Source: Eledone cirrhosa
Lineage: Eukaryota
Length of the DNA: 64,000 bases
Direction of reading: 5' to 3'
NCBI GenBank assembly: GCA_964016885.1
Contig: CAXHJY010000045.1
Coordinates: 9,724 to 73,723 of the forward strand
Position 1 is the stretch's first letter; each line of letters starts with the position of its first letter. Under the pieces are notes generated by a model. The model was given only the letters and a program-made list of their open reading frames with translations, searched no databases and was not told where the DNA came from. Shown here in pieces: positions 56,782 through 64,000 of this stretch. The translations under genes and the position numbers were made by a program.

Positions 56782-59631
56782 ATTCAAAGCCATCCGTGCT
56801 GATCGCGCTGGCAGAAGAAAGGCGGAACTGCCATTTATGTCCATAATTCTTTCTCAACAGAGGCTATGAACATATTCACTAATGGATACTGTGAGGCAGT
56901 CACTGTATTCAGTCAAACCAACAACCTATTAGTAGTTGGGCTCTATAGGCCACCCAAACGCCTGTACCATGCTTCAAGGAATGCCTCAACAGCATAAAGT
57001 GTTTCATCCAAGAGTGTCACCCTGACAACATCTTAATGATGGGGGACTTCAACCTCCCCGGAGTTGACTGGTCCACAAACACCCTGCCACCAGGTTCTTC
57101 TGCCTCAACCTCTGACAGGGAAGCTGTGGAATCGCTTCTTGACTTCATGGATGATTTCTTCCTATCCCAACTAGTGCTCGAACCAACGAGGTGCCACAAA
57201 AACGTCCTAGACTTAATTTTCAGCAATCACACTGACAATATCCACAATATTGCAGTGGAGAAAACTCTACTCTCTGATCATGACATGGTTCTCTGTGATC
57301 TGAGATTCCACCGTCCAATATACAAACCCAATGTCATTTCTCCTGTCCATCCGTTTGACGCTATGGATTTCCACAATGCAAACTGGGAAGCGATCAGTCA
57401 TGATCTTGCACATGTCGACTGGTCCTTCACGCACACTCATACACCCACTAACATCAAAAAGTCCTGGCAGACATTTGTGGACACTGTTACAAACATATGT
57501 GCTAAACACACCCAGAACTATAAACAAATCTAAGAGCAGAATCCCTAGAAATAGAAAAACACTCATCAGAAAAATTAAGAGAACGAACAAAAAAATCAAC
57601 AAGCTGAAATACTGTCAGCAGCAACACATCAACTTGACTGCCATTTCATCACTAGAGATTAAAAAACATAACCTCCAAAACAACATAATGTCCCTCATCA
57701 ACAATCAGAGAAGAGCTGAAGAGGCCTGGGCCATTGAGAAGATCAAACTCAATCCCAAAGTGTTCTTTTCATTTGCAAAAAAACACAAAATCACTGGCTC
57801 TACTGTTGGCCCTCTAATTGATGAAAATGGCACTCTTCAAGACAATGCTAAAACCATGGGTGAGATACTGCAGAAACAATACTGCTCTGTTTTCAGCAAT
57901 CCTGATATGGCCGATCTGGGCTGTATCGGCGATGTTACTCCCATTACACCTTATCGGACATAACGTTTGGCGCCCCTGATGTCTTGGCGGCAATAAAGGA
58001 AATCAAGCATAATTCAGCAGTAGGTCCCGATAGGTTCCCTGCTTGTGTCTTGAAGGCGTGTCAACACCAACTTGCTTCTCCTCTTGCCAATCTGTGGCGG
58101 AACTCACTGGATGCTGGATATGTGCCAGAAAACCTTCTATCCCAGTCTGTTGTCCCAGTTTTCAAAAAGGGAAACAAATCCCTTGCCGTGAATTACCGTC
58201 CAATCTCACTCACCTCTCATATCATTAAGGTATTTGAGCGAGTGGTGAGATCGCGAATGACCCACTTCCTTGAGAGTAACAATATGCTGAACTCCAACCA
58301 GCATGGATTCCGTAATGGAAGGGATTGCCTGACGCAACTACTGCATCACTTTGATGACATTTTGAGAGCCTTGGGAGAGGGTTCCAACACTGATGTTATC
58401 TACCTTGATTTCAGCAAGGCCTTTGACAGGGTTGATCATAACATTCTACTGAGAAAGCTGTCCAATATTGGTGTCACTGGAAAGCTGCTGCAGTGGATCA
58501 AGAGCTTCCTGTCAAACAGAACCCAACATGTTGTAGTTGAGGGAGTCAAATCAAGCCCAGCCAAAGTCAGTAGTGGAGTCCCACAAGGCACTGTGTTGGG
58601 CCCACTTCTCTTCATCATCTATATTAATGACATCACTGACATCATCAAACACAGCAACATTAAAATTTTCGCTGATGATTCCAAGCTCCAAAAGGTCATC
58701 AATGGCGTGGATGACCGGATAAGCCTTCAGTCAGACCTACTGGCTGTTACCCAATGGGCAGAAAAGAACAACATGCTACTGAACGAAGACAAATTCGAAC
58801 TGATCCACTTTGGAAAAGAGGATGCTCTGAAACTCCCGTACTCCCTTCCCTCCGGGGAAACTCTCGTGGCATCTAACAACATCAGAGACTTGGGAGTAAC
58901 CGTGGACAGCAACATAAGCTGGACCACGCATATAAGCAGCAAAGTTGACATGGCCCGCAGAATGTGTTCCTGGATCCTCAGAACCTTCCAGTCGAGAGAT
59001 TCCCGCACCATTATCCTTCTCTTCTCTACTTTCGCCCGACCACACCTTGAATACTGTTGTCCACTGTGGTCTCCCCACACGAAACAAAGTATCATGAAAC
59101 TTGAAGCTCCTCAAAGGGCAATCACGAAAAAGATAGATGGCATGTCAGACCTTGACTACTGGGGTCGATTGGAAAACCTGAAACTTTACTCACTCCAACG
59201 TCGCCGTGAGCGTTATATTATCTGCATGATGTGGAAAATGTTCCATCATCACTGCCCAAATGATGTTGGCATCGCCTTCAAGATACACCCAAGGCTTGGG
59301 CCCCGTGCTATCCGTCCCATTCAAAAATCTAAATCGCAACTCATAACAACAATACGGCACAATTATTTCACCTCAATCGGCCCTGCTCTCTTCAACATCA
59401 CACCAGGACACGTCAAAACAGAAACTGACCACACAAAATTCAAGAAGTCTTTGGACAAATTCCTCCAAGTAATCCCGGACAAACCACCCACACCCGGATA
59501 TGTCTCCGCAAACAGTAATTCTCTTCTCGAATGGGCCATGGTGCCCAAATCCTGAATTGAAAGACTTCGCCAGGTGGTGCTATTAAGTTAGACATGGCCT
59601 GGGCCAATACTGGCCAAAACATTTCAAAGTT
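56782..59631 (+). mobile_element. 5'-truncated CR1-group LINE (APE + RT) embedded in TA arrays
   Basis: RADR..GGTAIYV, GLYRPP, MGDFNLP, NVLDLIF and SDH motifs, then RT; short 3' UTR running directly into (TA)n. Confidence 0.92.
57984..59555 (+). CDS. Open RT-domain frame of the CR1-group ORF2 (C-terminal 523 aa; upstream part frameshifted)
   Basis: [58 protein letters not shown]. Confidence 0.85.
   Translation: MAAIKEIKHNSAVGPDRFPACVLKACQHQLASPLANLWRNSLDAGYVPENLLSQSVVPVFKKGNKSLAVNYRPISLTSHIIKVFERVVRSRMTHFLESNNMLNSNQHGFRNGRDCLTQLLHHFDDILRALGEGSNTDVIYLDFSKAFDRVDHNILLRKLSNIGVTGKLLQWIKSFLSNRTQHVVVEGVKSSPAKVSSGVPQGTVLGPLLFIIYINDITDIIKHSNIKIFADDSKLQKVINGVDDRISLQSDLLAVTQWAEKNNMLLNEDKFELIHFGKEDALKLPYSLPSGETLVASNNIRDLGVTVDSNISWTTHISSKVDMARRMCSWILRTFQSRDSRTIILLFSTFARPHLEYCCPLWSPHTKQSIMKLEAPQRAITKKIDGMSDLDYWGRLENLKLYSLQRRRERYIICMMWKMFHHHCPNDVGIAFKIHPRLGPRAIRPIQKSKSQLITTIRHNYFTSIGPALFNITPGHVKTETDHTKFKKSLDKFLQVIPDKPPTPGYVSANSNSLLEWAMVPKS

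Positions 59632-64000
<4,369 letters not shown>

Overview
AT-rich eukaryotic non-genic DNA with no recognisable host protein-coding exon, made almost entirely of nested transposable elements and microsatellites. The repeat content resembles octopus/coleoid cephalopod genomes (inference). Contents: three Penelope-like (GIY-YIG) relics, two with inverted arms; several RTE-clade LINE copies from two families; CRE-type relics; a young 5'-truncated CR1-group LINE with an open RT frame; tRNA-derived SINEs; a DD37D Tc1/mariner relic; piggyBac-type and mariner-type MITEs; a non-autonomous Helitron; and about 14 kb of strand-polarised (TA)nTG arrays from 44.4 kb onward. The most interesting signals are: (i) eight type I hammerhead-ribozyme-like motifs (seven distinct sequences), folded by hand, including long-stem-II forms and a U3-A8 covariant form inside a 370-bp fold-back mini-element; (ii) a C4HC3 PHD finger inserted inside the RT of both RTE families; (iii) the same SINE family inserted at the same spot in two MITE copies. 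All folds and alignments were done by eye, and the boundaries of degenerate elements are approximate.
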